From an uncultured Acidobacteriota bacterium (GTDB lineage: Bacteria > Acidobacteriota > Vicinamibacteria > Fen-336), in contig OY970399.1 in NCBI GenBank assembly GCA_963720545.1, positions 667,861 through 731,860 on the forward strand: a DNA stretch of 64,000 bases, written 5' to 3'. Positions 1-10,311 of the stretch are shown here, piece by piece (position 1 is the stretch's first letter; each line of letters begins with the position of its first letter). The translations under genes were made by a program, and so were the position numbers. A model generated the notes under the pieces. It did no database searches. It was not told the origin of the DNA and worked only from the letters and a program-made list of their open reading frames with translations.

Positions 1-168
1 CATGAACCGCTCGGTGAGTGCGATGTGGCGCGCGAGGTCGCCAGCCGAGAAGGCGCCGGCGTACGGCCGGCCCTCGACGTTGTCAGCCGGGATCTGCGCC
101 ACCACGCGCCGTGTGCGCCGGTGCACGCCCCGGAACTCGTCTACGAATTCCGCGATGCTGCGAAACAT
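1..168 (-). CDS. DinB family protein (5' part; runs off window edge)
   Basis: Not in ORF track. Manual translation from ATG at 168: [56 protein letters not shown], a typical DinB N-terminus (P...FS.GDL.RHIA..E). Confidence 0.75.
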   Translation of the reverse strand, partial: MFRSIAEFVDEFRGVHRRTRRVVAQIPADNVEGRPYAGAFSAGDLARHIALTERFM

Positions 169-197
169 GTGGTGAGCGGCCCCTCGTGCGAACTGAT

Positions 198-276
<79 letters not shown>

Positions 277-335
277 GTTTGGCGCCGCATCCGCAGTAGG
301 ATGCGGCCGAGAGATTGTAACGCGATGGTGATGCG

Positions 336-1265
336 ATGAACGAAGTCGGAGTGCTCGTCGAGGAGCTGCGGCACGCCTTCGAAGGCTCGCCCTGGCACGG
401 CCCTTCCCTGTTCGGTGTGCTCGGGCGGCTGACTGCGGAAACCGCCGACCAGCGCGGCGCGGCGCCACACAGCCCGTGGCAGCTGGCGCTGCACATCCAG
501 GCATGGGTGCCGGCCGTGCACCGGCGCCTCGACGGCAAGCGTGCCGACCTCGGTCCCGACGAAGACTGGCCCGCTGTGGTCGAGGCAAGCCCTCAGGCAT
601 GGATGGCGCTGCGCGCGGCGATCGAAGCCGACGAGGGCGCGCTGCTGCGCCGGGTTGCCGCGATGAGCGTCGATGCGCTGCACGCGCCGATTGTCGGCAA
701 GCATTACGACGCCGCTTTCATGCTGCACGGCCTCGCACAGCACATCGCCTACCACAGCGGCCAGATCGCGATTCTCGAACGCAGCGGCCCCGACCAGGCG
801 CGCGGCTTGCTGCGCCACGCTCTCGCCACTCTCGCCTATCGCGGCAGCAAGGCAATCCGCGGCGTGCCCGCGGGCTTCGGCGATTTCGAGGGCGGCTCCT
901 CGCTGCGCACGCCGCTGCAGATCCTCGCCCACATCGGCGACCTGTGCGACTGGAGCCTGGCGCTCCTCGCCGGCGAGCACAAATGGAGCGAAGCCACCGC
1001 CAGCGACTGGACCACACAGTCGGCGCGCTTCCACGCCGGTCTCGCCGCCATCGACGTGCGGCTCAACGACCCTCGCCCGCTCGGATGTTCGTGCGAGCGC
1101 ATCTTCCAGGGGCCGATAGCCGATGCGCTGACTCACGTCGGCCAGATCGCGCTGCTGCGGCGCATGGCGGGCAGCCCGGTGCGCGGCGAAAACTACTTCA
1201 AGGCCGACATCCAGGCCGGCGTCCTCGGCGCGCAGCAGCCGCCGCCGCGCCGCGAATTCGACTGA
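336..1265 (+). CDS. Tandem two-domain DinB-family protein
   Basis: Two DinB-like halves: SPWQLALHI...QHIAYHSGQI and RTPLQILAHI...DALTHVGQI. Confidence 0.8.
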   Translation: MNEVGVLVEELRHAFEGSPWHGPSLFGVLGRLTAETADQRGAAPHSPWQLALHIQAWVPAVHRRLDGKRADLGPDEDWPAVVEASPQAWMALRAAIEADEGALLRRVAAMSVDALHAPIVGKHYDAAFMLHGLAQHIAYHSGQIAILERSGPDQARGLLRHALATLAYRGSKAIRGVPAGFGDFEGGSSLRTPLQILAHIGDLCDWSLALLAGEHKWSEATASDWTTQSARFHAGLAAIDVRLNDPRPLGCSCERIFQGPIADALTHVGQIALLRRMAGSPVRGENYFKADIQAGVLGAQQPPPRREFD

Positions 1266-1287
1266 CCCGGGACGCCCGGGAGCCGCG

Positions 1288-1296
1288 TGCTAAAAT
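1288..1296 (+). promoter_or_regulatory. Extended -10 promoter for tRNA-Arg/tRNA-His pair
   Basis: TGcTAAAAT ending 13 nt upstream of the tRNA-Arg 5' end. Confidence 0.55.
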
Positions 1297-1309
1297 CCGT
1301 CCCGGCAAG

Positions 1310-1386
1310 GCGCCTGTAGCTCAGATGGATAGAGCGGCAGCCTTCTAAGCTGCGGGTCAGGGGTTCGAGTCCCTTCAGGCGCGCCA
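1310..1386 (+). tRNA. tRNA-Arg(TCT)
   Basis: GCGCCTGTAGCTCAG...GGTTCGAGTCC...GGCGCGCCA; anticodon arm GCAGC-CTTCTAA-GCTGC. Confidence 0.96.
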
Positions 1387-1405
1387 GCTCGATTCATTCC
1401 TCGTT

Positions 1406-1483
1406 GGTGGGTGTAGCTCAGCTGGTTAGAGCGCCAGGTTGTGGCCCTGGAGGCCGCGGGTTCGAATCCCGTCACTCACCCCA
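1406..1483 (+). tRNA. tRNA-His(GTG)
   Basis: G(-1)GTGGGTGTAGCTCAG...GGTTCGAATCC...CACCCCA; anticodon arm CCAGG-TTGTGGC-CCTGG. Confidence 0.96.
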
Positions 1484-1522
1484 ATTTACGAGGATGTCAA
1501 CGGCACGGTGTTGTACTAAACG

Positions 1523-1543
1523 CCCCCGGCGACGAGCCGGGGG
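1523..1543 (-). terminator. Probable intrinsic terminator hairpin
   Basis: CCCCCGGC-gacga-GCCGGGGG between the convergent tRNA-His and islet gene; short T run on minus side. Confidence 0.5.
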
Positions 1544-1607
1544 AAACGGTACAGGCTGGAGCCGCTCGGCTTACTCGAGACGATCGGCTCTTTTGAAAAC
1601 AGTCAGG

Positions 1608-2063
1608 CTATTGCTCGCCTGCCGCACGTTCTGGCTGCGCGGATGTAGGAAGCCCCGCGCACGAAACCAGGGTCAAAGACGTTCCAGTGTTTTGGAAACT
1701 GGTGCCAGGGCCGCCGGCGCAATTGAGTTCCCAAGCGCCTCCAGGAATGCCCGTCAGGCCGCAGAGGAGGTTGTCACCAAAAGCCGCTGCCGAGTTGGCC
1801 CCAACAACGCTCACCTTTCGGGTGGCCGTGCCGGCGTCGAACTCGAACGCGCCGCTCACCGGGATCGTATACTGACCCGAGGCGACCCAGTTGCCATACA
1901 GTGACCGATGGCCGAACTTCCCGGGATCGTTTCTTACCAGCTTCAATACGTCAGAAAACGGATCCAACTTATAACACACGTGAACCGGAGCGGCATAAGC
2001 CTGGCCCGCGAAGGCCGCGATCGACGCGGCAACAATGGTCGATGCCGTCAACACTTTCAGCAT
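1608..2063 (-). CDS. Hypothetical secreted protein (islet cargo)
   Basis: SD GGAGGA before ATG 2063; Sec signal peptide (MLKVLTASTIVAASIAAFAGQAYA); four Cys; no recognised family. Confidence 0.7.
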   Translation of the reverse strand: MLKVLTASTIVAASIAAFAGQAYAAPVHVCYKLDPFSDVLKLVRNDPGKFGHRSLYGNWVASGQYTIPVSGAFEFDAGTATRKVSVVGANSAAAFGDNLLCGLTGIPGGAWELNCAGGPGTSFQNTGTSLTLVSCAGLPTSAQPERAAGEQ

Positions 2064-2379
2064 TACTTCCTCCATGAGTCCCCGCCTCGCTCGCATGGCT
2101 CCAGAGCCATGCGGTTCACGGTACTATCGCTGTACGCCGTTTAGAAACCTACCGAAGTCAGGTGCCTTCGCTTGCGAGTACCGTGCGTATGCCTGGACTC
2201 GTTGTGAGGTGGGGCGCAAAGCGTAGTGGCTCGAAAAGAGGCTTGTCAAGAAAAATCCTCGCGGGCGGAACGCCATCCGACCGCCTGGCTCAGCGCCCAC
2301 CGCTCCTGGGCGGCGGAAGGGCTTTGAGCGGGCGACCCCGTGGCACTCGAAACATCCGACCATCCAGACGACACTCTGT

Positions 2380-2420
2380 TGGCCCTGGAGGCCGCGGGTT
2401 CGAATCCCGTCACTCACCCC
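2380..2420 (+). repeat. attR-like duplicate of tRNA-His 3' half
   Basis: TGGCCCTGGAGGCCGCGGGTTCGAATCCCGTCACTCACCCC identical to 1442-1482. Confidence 0.92.
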
Positions 2421-2524
2421 GCTTTGGCTAGTGACTGACTTGGCGTTTTGTAGAACGCCTTCCGCGTCGTGGCCGTCTTATGTGGAATTCAGCTGGACAA
2501 CCGGCTAATCGTGGCATTTTCGAT

Positions 2525-2540
2525 GGGCATGTCGCTTGCA
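2525..2540 (+). promoter_or_regulatory. Putative sigma54 -24/-12 promoter
   Basis: GGGCAT-GTCGC-TTGCA (consensus TGGCAC-N5-TTGCW) just upstream of ATG 2555. Confidence 0.5.
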
Positions 2541-2554
2541 CCCTTGTACGCCGG

Positions 2555-3004
2555 ATGTGGATGCCCAGCGAGAGAGTCACCGTCCTGAAGGCGCCTGCCA
2601 AGCTGTGGCACCTCGTTGGGACTCAGGTGAAGGTCTGGTCTACGGCGACGGGACCGCTCGGGACGCAGATCGTGACGGTTCTGGGTCTCGATGAATTTGG
2701 CCAGCGCCGCCTTTATGAGATGCGCGGCGATGATCTCGGGCCGGCGAATCCAGCGGCGGCGGTTGGCGTGAAGACCACGCACGTCAAGAACGGCTTCGTT
2801 CCTGGCGCGGAAGTCGTGCTGCTGGCGGATTCCGGCCTGGTGCCCAAGGGCACGACCGTGGTGATCCGCCGCGTGCTCGAGCCATTGCGCGATGCGCATC
2901 CCGAGGACACGATGATGATCGTCGATTGCGGTCACCTCGACATCGTCGTCTTCCGCCAACACCTTGCCATCGCGCCCGTCGTCTCTCTCATCGATTCCGA
3001 ATAG
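2555..3004 (+). CDS. Hypothetical protein
   Basis: Protein-like composition and GC3 bias; start moved from 2480 to the ATG after the sigma54 motif (2561 also possible). Confidence 0.6.
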   Translation: MWMPSERVTVLKAPAKLWHLVGTQVKVWSTATGPLGTQIVTVLGLDEFGQRRLYEMRGDDLGPANPAAAVGVKTTHVKNGFVPGAEVVLLADSGLVPKGTTVVIRRVLEPLRDAHPEDTMMIVDCGHLDIVVFRQHLAIAPVVSLIDSE

Positions 3005-3019
3005 GCGAATCCCTCGCCT

Positions 3020-3718
3020 CTATTTCTGCGGCGGTGTCAGCCCGTAGCTCATCGTCGGCCGGAAGCTGAGGATCTCGACCGTCAATTTCGCGACCAGGCT
3101 CGCCGTCTTCGCGGGAAGCGCCTGGCCGCGCGCGTCGCCGAGCAGCGCCGCGAGCGTTGGCCGGGCACGTAGCCGGACGTAGCGCGGGGCCGGGCCGCCG
3201 GCGATCATCCGATACCAAAGCGTCTCGCCTTCGAGCGCCGCCTGCTCCGCCGCAATACTGTCCTCGAATGCCTTGCCGGCGCCCGGCACGAGGTCGACGG
3301 TCGTGAATTCGAGGCGGGTGGCCGGCTGCGGTTGGCCGTCCCCCTTGGAGAGCGCCGGCAGGTATTCGAAGATGGCGTTGCCGGCGAAGCGCGCGTGCGG
3401 CGTGACGTTCGCGATGTTGTCGCGCTCGTCGTCCGCCGGCGCCACGGACTTGTCGAAGTCCGTGACTGCGTGGCCGAAGGTCGCGTAGACGAACCACCGC
3501 TGACGCTCGCCCGCCCACACGGTCCAGCCGGACCACGTCCAGGGATCCTGCGCCTGGCGATGCCAGTCCAGATGCCTGATGTAACCCGCCTCGAAGTCGA
3601 CGGTATCGCCGTCGTGCGGCTCGAGCACGGCGATGCGTGCGTAGGAAACGTTCCCCGATTGCGCAGCGAGCAGCGTCGGCTGCGCCACCGCTAGGATCGC
3701 GAACACAATCTGTCTCAT
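3020..3718 (-). CDS. Secreted hypothetical protein, possible tandem alpha+beta barrel (NIPSNAP-like)
   Basis: Signal peptide MRQIVFAILAVAQPTLLAAQS; two similar modules (PHDG...DFE, VPGAGKAFE); divergent from MocR regulator. Confidence 0.65.
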   Translation of the reverse strand: MRQIVFAILAVAQPTLLAAQSGNVSYARIAVLEPHDGDTVDFEAGYIRHLDWHRQAQDPWTWSGWTVWAGERQRWFVYATFGHAVTDFDKSVAPADDERDNIANVTPHARFAGNAIFEYLPALSKGDGQPQPATRLEFTTVDLVPGAGKAFEDSIAAEQAALEGETLWYRMIAGGPAPRYVRLRARPTLAALLGDARGQALPAKTASLVAKLTVEILSFRPTMSYGLTPPQK

Positions 3719-3738
3719 GGCGTCGATTAGACATATTG

Positions 3739-3784
3739 CCGGTCTGTGCCACAAGGGCCGCTTCTGAACTTATGCCTAGACCAG
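3739..3784. promoter_or_regulatory. Putative MocR/GabR operator
   Basis: Imperfect inverted repeat CCGGTCT (3739-3745) / AGACCAG (3778-3784) in the divergent intergenic gap. Confidence 0.35.
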
Positions 3785-3818
3785 TGGTTTGACGCCGCAC
3801 GCTACACTTGCGCTGGTG

Positions 3819-5288
3819 ATGCGCAACTCCTGGGAACCCGCAATTGCCGTGGATCGGACGGCCGCCCTTCCGCCGTTCCTCCAGATCGCACGGTCGTTGA
3901 GCGATGACATCAGGCGCGGCCGCCTGCGGCCCGGCGACCGGCTGCCCGGCAGCCGGCGGCTGGCCGCTAGCCTCAGCGTGCATCGCAACACCGTGCTCGC
4001 GGCGCTCGGCGAGCTGCTCGCCGAGGGTTGGCTTGCGGCGGCACCGGGACGGGGCACGTTCGTTGCCAAAGGCGCCGCCCTGACGAGCGCTCGCCGGTTC
4101 GCGCGACCGCCGGCGCCGGGAACCCGAGTAGCGGCGCGCATGTCGCTGGCGCTCGCCGATGTTCCGGAGGCTTATCTCCCACCGGAGTTGCCGCGCGGGA
4201 CACTCAACCTCAGCAACGGTGCGCCCGACGTGCGGCTGGTGCCCGCGCGCGAGTTGGGCCGGGCGTATCGGCGCGCCCTCGCGCTGCGCGGCAACGAGCT
4301 GCTCGCATATGGCGATCCCCGCGGCCACCCGGCGCTGCGCGCCGCACTCGCCGCGATGCTGGCCGACACCCGCGGGTTGCCGGCCGGTGCCGAAGACGTG
4401 TTCGTGACCCGCGGCGCGCAAATGGCGCTGACCCTTGTCGCGCGCGCCCTGGTTCGTCCGGGCGACACGATCGCGGTCGAGGAATTCGGATACCGGCCGG
4501 CATGGGAAGCGTTTCGCGCAGCGGGGGCGGAGATCGTTCCGGTCCCCATCGACGCTGAAGGCATCGATGTCGACGCGCTCACACGCCTCGCGTCACGCAC
4601 AAGCCTGCGTGCCGTCTGCGTCACTCCCCACCATCAGTATCCGACGACGGTGACGTTGAAGGCGCCGCGGCGCCTGGCGCTGCTGGCGCTCGCGCGCGAG
4701 CGGCGCTTCGCGGTCGTCGAGGACGATTACGACCACGAGTTCCACTACGACGGACGGCCGATGTTTCCGCTGGCGAGCGCCGACCCGGCGGGAGTGGTCG
4801 TGTACATCGGCACCCTGTCGAAGGTGCTGGCTCCGGGCCTGCGTGTCGGCTACATCGTCGCGCAGCCGGCGGTGCTGCGCAGCGTCACCGCGCTCCGCTC
4901 GCTGCTCGACATCCAGGGCGATCTCGCCACCGAGGCGGCGGTGGCCGCGCTCATCGAGGACGGCGGGCTGCAGCGCCATGTCGCGCGCGTGCGCCGCGTA
5001 TACGCGAACCGTCGCGCCATCCTCGCCGCCAGCCTGCGCCGCACCTTCGGCGACGGCGCCGAGTTCTCCCTGGCTCCCGGCGGCATGGCGCTGTGGGTGC
5101 GCCTGCGGATGCCGATCGACGTCGAGGCGTGGGCGCGCCGCAGCATTGCCTACGGCGTCTCCTGGTACACCGGCCGCCGCTACGCCCTCGACGGCCGCCC
5201 CAAGCCGTTCGCGCGCATGAGCTTCGCCTGGCTCAACGAACGCGAACTCCCGGAAGCCGTGCGACGCATGTACGCCGCACGGCGTTAG
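3819..5288 (+). CDS. MocR/GabR-family regulator (GntR HTH + PLP aminotransferase domain)
   Basis: GDRLPGSRRLAASLSVHRNTV wHTH; TPHHQYPT, EDDYDHEF, GTLSKVLAPGLRVGY motifs. Confidence 0.93.
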   Translation: MRNSWEPAIAVDRTAALPPFLQIARSLSDDIRRGRLRPGDRLPGSRRLAASLSVHRNTVLAALGELLAEGWLAAAPGRGTFVAKGAALTSARRFARPPAPGTRVAARMSLALADVPEAYLPPELPRGTLNLSNGAPDVRLVPARELGRAYRRALALRGNELLAYGDPRGHPALRAALAAMLADTRGLPAGAEDVFVTRGAQMALTLVARALVRPGDTIAVEEFGYRPAWEAFRAAGAEIVPVPIDAEGIDVDALTRLASRTSLRAVCVTPHHQYPTTVTLKAPRRLALLALARERRFAVVEDDYDHEFHYDGRPMFPLASADPAGVVVYIGTLSKVLAPGLRVGYIVAQPAVLRSVTALRSLLDIQGDLATEAAVAALIEDGGLQRHVARVRRVYANRRAILAASLRRTFGDGAEFSLAPGGMALWVRLRMPIDVEAWARRSIAYGVSWYTGRRYALDGRPKPFARMSFAWLNERELPEAVRRMYAARR

Positions 5289-5289
5289 C

Positions 5290-7950
5290 TCACTCGTTGC
5301 GCAGCGCCACCGCGGGATCGATGCGCGCCGCGCGCCGTGCCGGCAGGTAGCCGGCGCCAAGCGCGACCGCATTGAGCAGGAGCGCAACGGCGGCCAGCGT
5401 CAGCGGACCGCCGGCTTTCGCTCCATCGAACAAACTGAGCAGCAGCCGCACACTGGCAGCGGCGCCAATGAGACCGAGAACGGAGCCCGCCAGCGAAAGG
5501 CGCAGCGCCTGAGCGAGCACCGCGCGGACGACGCGACGGCGTTCGGCGCCCAGCGCGAGGCGGATCCCGATCTCGCTCGTGCGTTGGGCAACGCTGTACG
5601 ACACTACGCCGTACAGGCCGACTGCCGCCAGCAGGATCGCGAGCCCGGCGAAGACCGCCAGGATCGCCGTCAACAAGCGAGCCTCGGCAAGCGACCGGTC
5701 GAGGACCTCGCGCAGGGGGTAGACACCAGCGACCGGGATGTGCCGGTTCACGGACTGCGCCACATCCTTCAGCACACCTGCGAACTTCGCAGCGTCGCCG
5801 TCGGTGCGGGCGACCAGGGTCAGGTGCCAGTCGGGCCCCTGCTGCTCCACCGCAAGGTAGATCTCCGGCCGGGCGGGCGTTCCGAGGCTCGCCTGGCGAA
5901 CGTCGCCTGCGACTCCGACCACGGTGGCGACAATGGTCTTTTCGCCCGTTCCGGGCAGCATGATTTCCTGGCCCACGGCGTTCTCGTCGGGCCAGAAGCG
6001 GCGCGCTGCCGACTGGTTGACGACAATCGCCTGGCGGGCTCCCTCGCGATCGTCGGCGGTGAACTCACGGCCCGTGAGCACCGGGATCGACATGGTGCTG
6101 AAATAGCCGGCGCTCGCGATGTTGAAGTTGGCGCTCCAGGCTTCGTCGGGCGCCGGATCGGGACGACCCTTGATGTGAAAGTCGAGCGTGTCGGCTCCGC
6201 CGCTCAACGGCAGGCTGGCGACGAGAGCGCTCGAGCGCACTCCCGGCACCACGCCGACGCGGGCGCGCACGTCCTCAAAATAGCGGAGCCGCTCGCGCCG
6301 GTTCGTTGCGATGCTGCCGGGCACCCAGGAATCGATCACCAGGACATGTTCGCTGGCAAGCGTCAATTCAGCGGGCCGCATCGCAAGCAGGCTGTTGAGG
6401 AGCGTGCCGGCTGCGGCAAGCAGGATCAGGGCGAGGCCTGTCTCGCCAACGATCAGGAGCGCCTGCATGCGGCGATTCCGGCGGCTCGAGATCGTGCGGC
6501 TCGACTCGCGCAGCCCCTTCGCAAGGCCTGGGGCCGCGTCGCTCAGCGCGGGCGCGACACCGAACAACAGGCCGCTGACGACGCACACGGCCAAGGTGAT
6601 GGCGAGTACTGTCGGGTCCACGTGCGCGCTCTCGATGCGCGACACCTTGAAGTTGGCGCTGAGCCCCAGCACCAGGATCCGGGTGCCCCACGTGGATAGA
6701 AGCAATCCGACGGCACCGCCGCAGAGCGACAGAAGCAGGCTCTCGGCGACGAGCTGCTGAAGGATGCGCCAGCGGCTGGCGCCGAGCGCGGCGCGCAGGG
6801 CGAGTTCCCGATGTCGGGTGGAATGGCGCGCCAGCACCAGGTTGACGACGTTCGCGCACGCGATCAGCAGGACGATGAAGACGACGCCCAGGACAACCAG
6901 CAGCCCGGTTCGCGCATCGCCGGCGACGGCTCTCGCGAGCGGCACCACGTTGGCGCCGACTCCTTCGTTGGTGTCGGGGTTCGCCGCGGCGATGCGCGCA
7001 GTGATCGCGTCCATCTCCACTTGCGCAGCCTGTCGGTCGATCCCGTGCTGCAACCGGCCGATGACGCGCAGGAAGCTGTGGCCACGCTTGAAATCGACGG
7101 GCCGCGGCACGTACACCTGCTCGCTGCCGATCGTGGAGAACTCGAAGCCCGCGGGCAGAACACCGACGATCGTGCGCCGCTCCTCGTTGATGACGATGTC
7201 CTTGCCGATGACGTCGGGGCCCCTGCCAAATCGCGACTGCCACAACGAATCGGCGATGAGCGCCACCGGCGGCGCACCGGGTGCGGTATCCGCATCGAGA
7301 AACGTGCGGCCGCGCGCCGGCGCCACACCCAGGACCTCGAAAAAGCCCGGCGTCGCCTGCAGGGCCGTCACCAGCTCGGCGCGATCGACGCCGTCGATGG
7401 TTACAGTGCGGCTCGTGTATGCCGCGAGTCGGGTAAACGACTTCGCCGCGGCGCGCCACTCGGCGAAGTCCGCGTAGGAGGCGACGTCTTCCCGGTCGCC
7501 GGCAGATTCGTTCGTGGCCCACACGTGCACCAGGCGTTCCTGCTCGGGATAGGGCAAGGGCTGCAGGACGACGGCGTTCACGACGCTGAAGATGGCTGTG
7601 TTGGCGCCGATGCCAAGGCCGAGAGTGAGCACCGCGACCGTGGTGAAAGCACGATTCTTGCGCAGGGCGCGCGCGCCGTAGCGAAAATCCTGGAGGAGGT
7701 GTGCCAGTGCCGGGTAGCCGCGCCGGTCGCGGCACTCTTCGGCGATCCCCGGCAGGCTGCCGAGCGCAAGGACTGCCTGCCGGCGCGCTTCCTCGGGGGT
7801 CATGCCCGCGCGCACGTTGTCGTCCGCGTGCATCCGCAGGTGCGACTCCAGCTCCTCGTCGAACTCCCGCCCGGGGCGTGCCCCGAGGAAAAGCCCGCGC
7901 ACTCTTGCGAGCACCGAACGAAGGCGAGCCGCGATTCGGTCCCAGGCCAT
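5290..7950 (-). CDS. ADOP-type duplicated ABC permease (MacB/FtsX-like)
   Basis: Permease-prefix EELESHL...EEARRQA; [18 protein letters not shown]; LLIACANV; [25 protein letters not shown]; ARRAARIDP. Confidence 0.93.
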   Translation of the reverse strand: MAWDRIAARLRSVLARVRGLFLGARPGREFDEELESHLRMHADDNVRAGMTPEEARRQAVLALGSLPGIAEECRDRRGYPALAHLLQDFRYGARALRKNRAFTTVAVLTLGLGIGANTAIFSVVNAVVLQPLPYPEQERLVHVWATNESAGDREDVASYADFAEWRAAAKSFTRLAAYTSRTVTIDGVDRAELVTALQATPGFFEVLGVAPARGRTFLDADTAPGAPPVALIADSLWQSRFGRGPDVIGKDIVINEERRTIVGVLPAGFEFSTIGSEQVYVPRPVDFKRGHSFLRVIGRLQHGIDRQAAQVEMDAITARIAAANPDTNEGVGANVVPLARAVAGDARTGLLVVLGVVFIVLLIACANVVNLVLARHSTRHRELALRAALGASRWRILQQLVAESLLLSLCGGAVGLLLSTWGTRILVLGLSANFKVSRIESAHVDPTVLAITLAVCVVSGLLFGVAPALSDAAPGLAKGLRESSRTISSRRNRRMQALLIVGETGLALILLAAAGTLLNSLLAMRPAELTLASEHVLVIDSWVPGSIATNRRERLRYFEDVRARVGVVPGVRSSALVASLPLSGGADTLDFHIKGRPDPAPDEAWSANFNIASAGYFSTMSIPVLTGREFTADDREGARQAIVVNQSAARRFWPDENAVGQEIMLPGTGEKTIVATVVGVAGDVRQASLGTPARPEIYLAVEQQGPDWHLTLVARTDGDAAKFAGVLKDVAQSVNRHIPVAGVYPLREVLDRSLAEARLLTAILAVFAGLAILLAAVGLYGVVSYSVAQRTSEIGIRLALGAERRRVVRAVLAQALRLSLAGSVLGLIGAAASVRLLLSLFDGAKAGGPLTLAAVALLLNAVALGAGYLPARRAARIDPAVALRNE

Positions 7951-7974
7951 GCGCAGGTGAAGCCTCTCACACCT

Positions 7975-7995
7975 TCCTATGGGAACGCAATAGGA
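7975..7995. promoter_or_regulatory. Palindromic operator upstream of the permease (possible PadR site)
   Basis: TCCTAT-N9-ATAGGA 24 nt upstream of the permease ATG. Confidence 0.45.
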
Positions 7996-8020
7996 GAAGA
8001 CAGGTACGGCGCTCCCGGCG

Positions 8021-8935
8021 CTAACGCTTCGCGTCGGGGCGCAGGAAGGTGCCTTCGTCGAGCTGTTCGAAGGCGTGCTGCAGCTCTTCCTGGGTGTTCA
8101 TCACCACCGGGCCGTACCAGGCGACCGGTTCGCCGAGCGGCTGCCCGGAGATGAGCAGGAAGCGGATCCCCTCCTCGCCTGCCTGCACTTCGACCTCGTC
8201 GCCCGAGTCGAAGAGTACGAGCGAGCGGTTGTCGGCACGGGCAGGCGGCTTCGAGTCGGCCCAACGGTCGGGCTCCGTGGGGACGGCAAGCGGCGAGGAG
8301 GCGTTGCAGAACTTGCCGTGGCCGTCGAACACGTAGGCGAAAGCGTGGCTGGTCGTTTCCACCGGCAGGCGCTTCCTCTTGCCCGCCGGGATCGAGACGT
8401 CGAGGTACACCGGCCTGGCGGCGACGTCTTCCACCGGTCCGCCGATGCCGCGGTAGCTGCCGCAGACGATGCGCACCGAGGTGCCGTCGTCGTCTTGTGC
8501 CACCGGCACATCCTGCGATTTCACTTCCTGGTAGCGCGGCGCCGTCATCTTCAGTGAGGACGGCAGGTTCGCCCACAGCTGGAAGCCGTGCATGCGTCCG
8601 TCGGCGTCGCCTTTCGGCATCTCCTGGTGGATGATGCCGCGGCCGGCGGTCATCCACTGGATGTCGCCCGCGCCGATCGTGCCGTTGTTGCCCATGCTGT
8701 CGCCGTGCTCGACCGTGCCGGCGAGGACATACGTGATCGTCTCCATGCCGCGGTGCGGGTGCCACGGAAACCCGGCGAGGTAGTCCTCGGGCCGCTCATT
8801 GCGGAAATCGTCGAGCAGCAGGAAGGGATCGTAGTCGGCGGTGGTGCCGAAACCGAACGCGCGGCGCAGCCGCACGCCGGCGCCTTCCAGCGTCGGCTTG
8901 GCCTGCACCAGTTTCTTCACGGGTCGGATCGCCAT
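8021..8935 (-). CDS. Pirin family protein
   Basis: [49 protein letters not shown]. Confidence 0.95.
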   Translation of the reverse strand: MAIRPVKKLVQAKPTLEGAGVRLRRAFGFGTTADYDPFLLLDDFRNERPEDYLAGFPWHPHRGMETITYVLAGTVEHGDSMGNNGTIGAGDIQWMTAGRGIIHQEMPKGDADGRMHGFQLWANLPSSLKMTAPRYQEVKSQDVPVAQDDDGTSVRIVCGSYRGIGGPVEDVAARPVYLDVSIPAGKRKRLPVETTSHAFAYVFDGHGKFCNASSPLAVPTEPDRWADSKPPARADNRSLVLFDSGDEVEVQAGEEGIRFLLISGQPLGEPVAWYGPVVMNTQEELQHAFEQLDEGTFLRPDAKR

Positions 8936-9010
8936 GGGAACTCCTTCAGCCCAATTGTTCCATTTTCAGGAGTACATTGTGCCGGCCACAAATCCAAGAA
9001 GGAGTCAGCC

Positions 9011-9475
9011 ATGAAGTCGAAGACGATCCTGCTGTCGCTGGGCGTTCTCTTCGCGGGCGTAGCCGTGTGCATCGCGGCGGACGCGCAACTGGGTACCTGG
9101 AAGCTGAACGAGGCGAAGTCGACGATCCCTGCGGGGGCGGTGAAGAACACCACCGTCGTCTACGCGGCCGAAGGCGACAACGTGAAGATCACGGTGGACG
9201 GCGTGGATAGCGACGGCAAGCCGGCGCACAACGAGTGGACGGGCAAATTCGATGGCAAGGATTACCCGATTGCCGGCGATCCGACTGCCGATGCGCGCGC
9301 CTACACCAAGGTGGACGAGCGGACGCTGGAATTCAAGAACAAGAAGGGTGGCAAGGCAGTCGCGGCGGGGCGCGTCAGCATCTCGGCCGACGGCAAGACC
9401 CGCACGGTGACGATCGACGCTACCACCGGGACAGGCGCCAAGGTCAGCAGCAAGTCGGTATTCGACAAGCAGTAG
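9011..9475 (+). CDS. Secreted lipocalin-like beta-barrel hypothetical protein
   Basis: SD AAGGAG then ATG 9011; signal peptide; GTWKLNEAKS...DGKDYP...SADGKT...VFDKQ. Confidence 0.8.
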   Translation: MKSKTILLSLGVLFAGVAVCIAADAQLGTWKLNEAKSTIPAGAVKNTTVVYAAEGDNVKITVDGVDSDGKPAHNEWTGKFDGKDYPIAGDPTADARAYTKVDERTLEFKNKKGGKAVAAGRVSISADGKTRTVTIDATTGTGAKVSSKSVFDKQ

Positions 9476-9603
9476 TCGATGCATCGGCCGGCGCCGCTGA
9501 TGACTTCTTCGCCATCCACGGCGTCGGCCATCCAACTAGGGTCGCGTCGCGCCTACCGCGGAACTGAACCGATCGTCGGCCTCCGCGACGCCGGGGTAAC
9601 TGC

Positions 9604-10311
9604 CTATCGCGGGGCGATGCGATCCGCGAGGGTGTCGTGGTGGAACGAGGAGTGTTCCCGAACCTCGGCCCAGCCGTTGCCGCCCGCGGCCGCGGCCGCT
9701 GCCTGATCGGCGCCGAAGTCCTGCCATGAATTGTGGCGAGTGATCGACAAGAACTGCCACGCCCCGCCTTCGAGGTGTTGCAGGAGAACCTGGCTGCTCG
9801 CAATCTTGGAGGCTGGGTTGGGCGGCTGGCTCAGGATTTTTTCGAGCGCGGCGCGGTGTCCGGGGTACGAGCGGTGCACGGCGACGGTGTAGACCGAGTC
9901 CTTCGTCCCCTCGACGCCCACGCCCATTGCCTTCGCAAACTCGCCCCAGGCCGGCCCGGCGACGAATGTGTCGTTGTGCCAGGCACGCAACTCCGGTCCG
10001 GCGCTAGGCGGGGCTGCCGGGATGGCGACGGTAGCCTTCGTCCCGAGGTGCTCGACGACAACATAGTCCCAGTCATCGCCGTCCTGGTGACGCAGGACAA
10101 GGAAGTGTCCCGGCATCGGCGAGCCCGCGGGCTGGGTCTCGAGCTGCTTGCCGAGCGCGGACGCCTGTCCCGCGGCGGCTTTGGTGAAATGAACGTGGTA
10201 GATGTCCGTCGGCGCGGTATCGACTGCCGTTGCCGTGGTCTGCGCGCTGCCCGCCGCAGCGCCGGCGAAAACAACCGCGATGGCCAGAGTCGGGGCACAA
10301 AAGTGATGCAT
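9604..10311 (-). CDS. Secreted hypothetical protein with two internal repeats
   Basis: SD AGGAGG; signal peptide; repeated modules YHVHF..AAAGQ...VLRHQDGDDW / YTVAV..SYPGH...LLQHLEGGAW. Confidence 0.75.
   Translation of the reverse strand: MHHFCAPTLAIAVVFAGAAAGSAQTTATAVDTAPTDIYHVHFTKAAAGQASALGKQLETQPAGSPMPGHFLVLRHQDGDDWDYVVVEHLGTKATVAIPAAPPSAGPELRAWHNDTFVAGPAWGEFAKAMGVGVEGTKDSVYTVAVHRSYPGHRAALEKILSQPPNPASKIASSQVLLQHLEGGAWQFLSITRHNSWQDFGADQAAAAAAGGNGWAEVREHSSFHHDTLADRIAPR

Larger units (their letters stand above)
1442..2420. mobile_element. Minimal tRNA-His-integrated islet (attL/attR-bounded, no integrase)
   Basis: Exact 41-bp direct repeat of the tRNA-His 3' half at 1442-1482 and 2380-2420 enclosing one gene. 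Confidence 0.75.

Noticed and set aside
1501-1516. CGGCAC-GGTG-TTGT as a sigma54 promoter
   Set aside because: Spacing is one base short and the -12 GC is missing
2124-2417. Possible integrase remnant inside the tRNA-His islet
   Set aside because: No HxxR or LGH motif; the ORF partly derives from the antisense of the tRNA repeat
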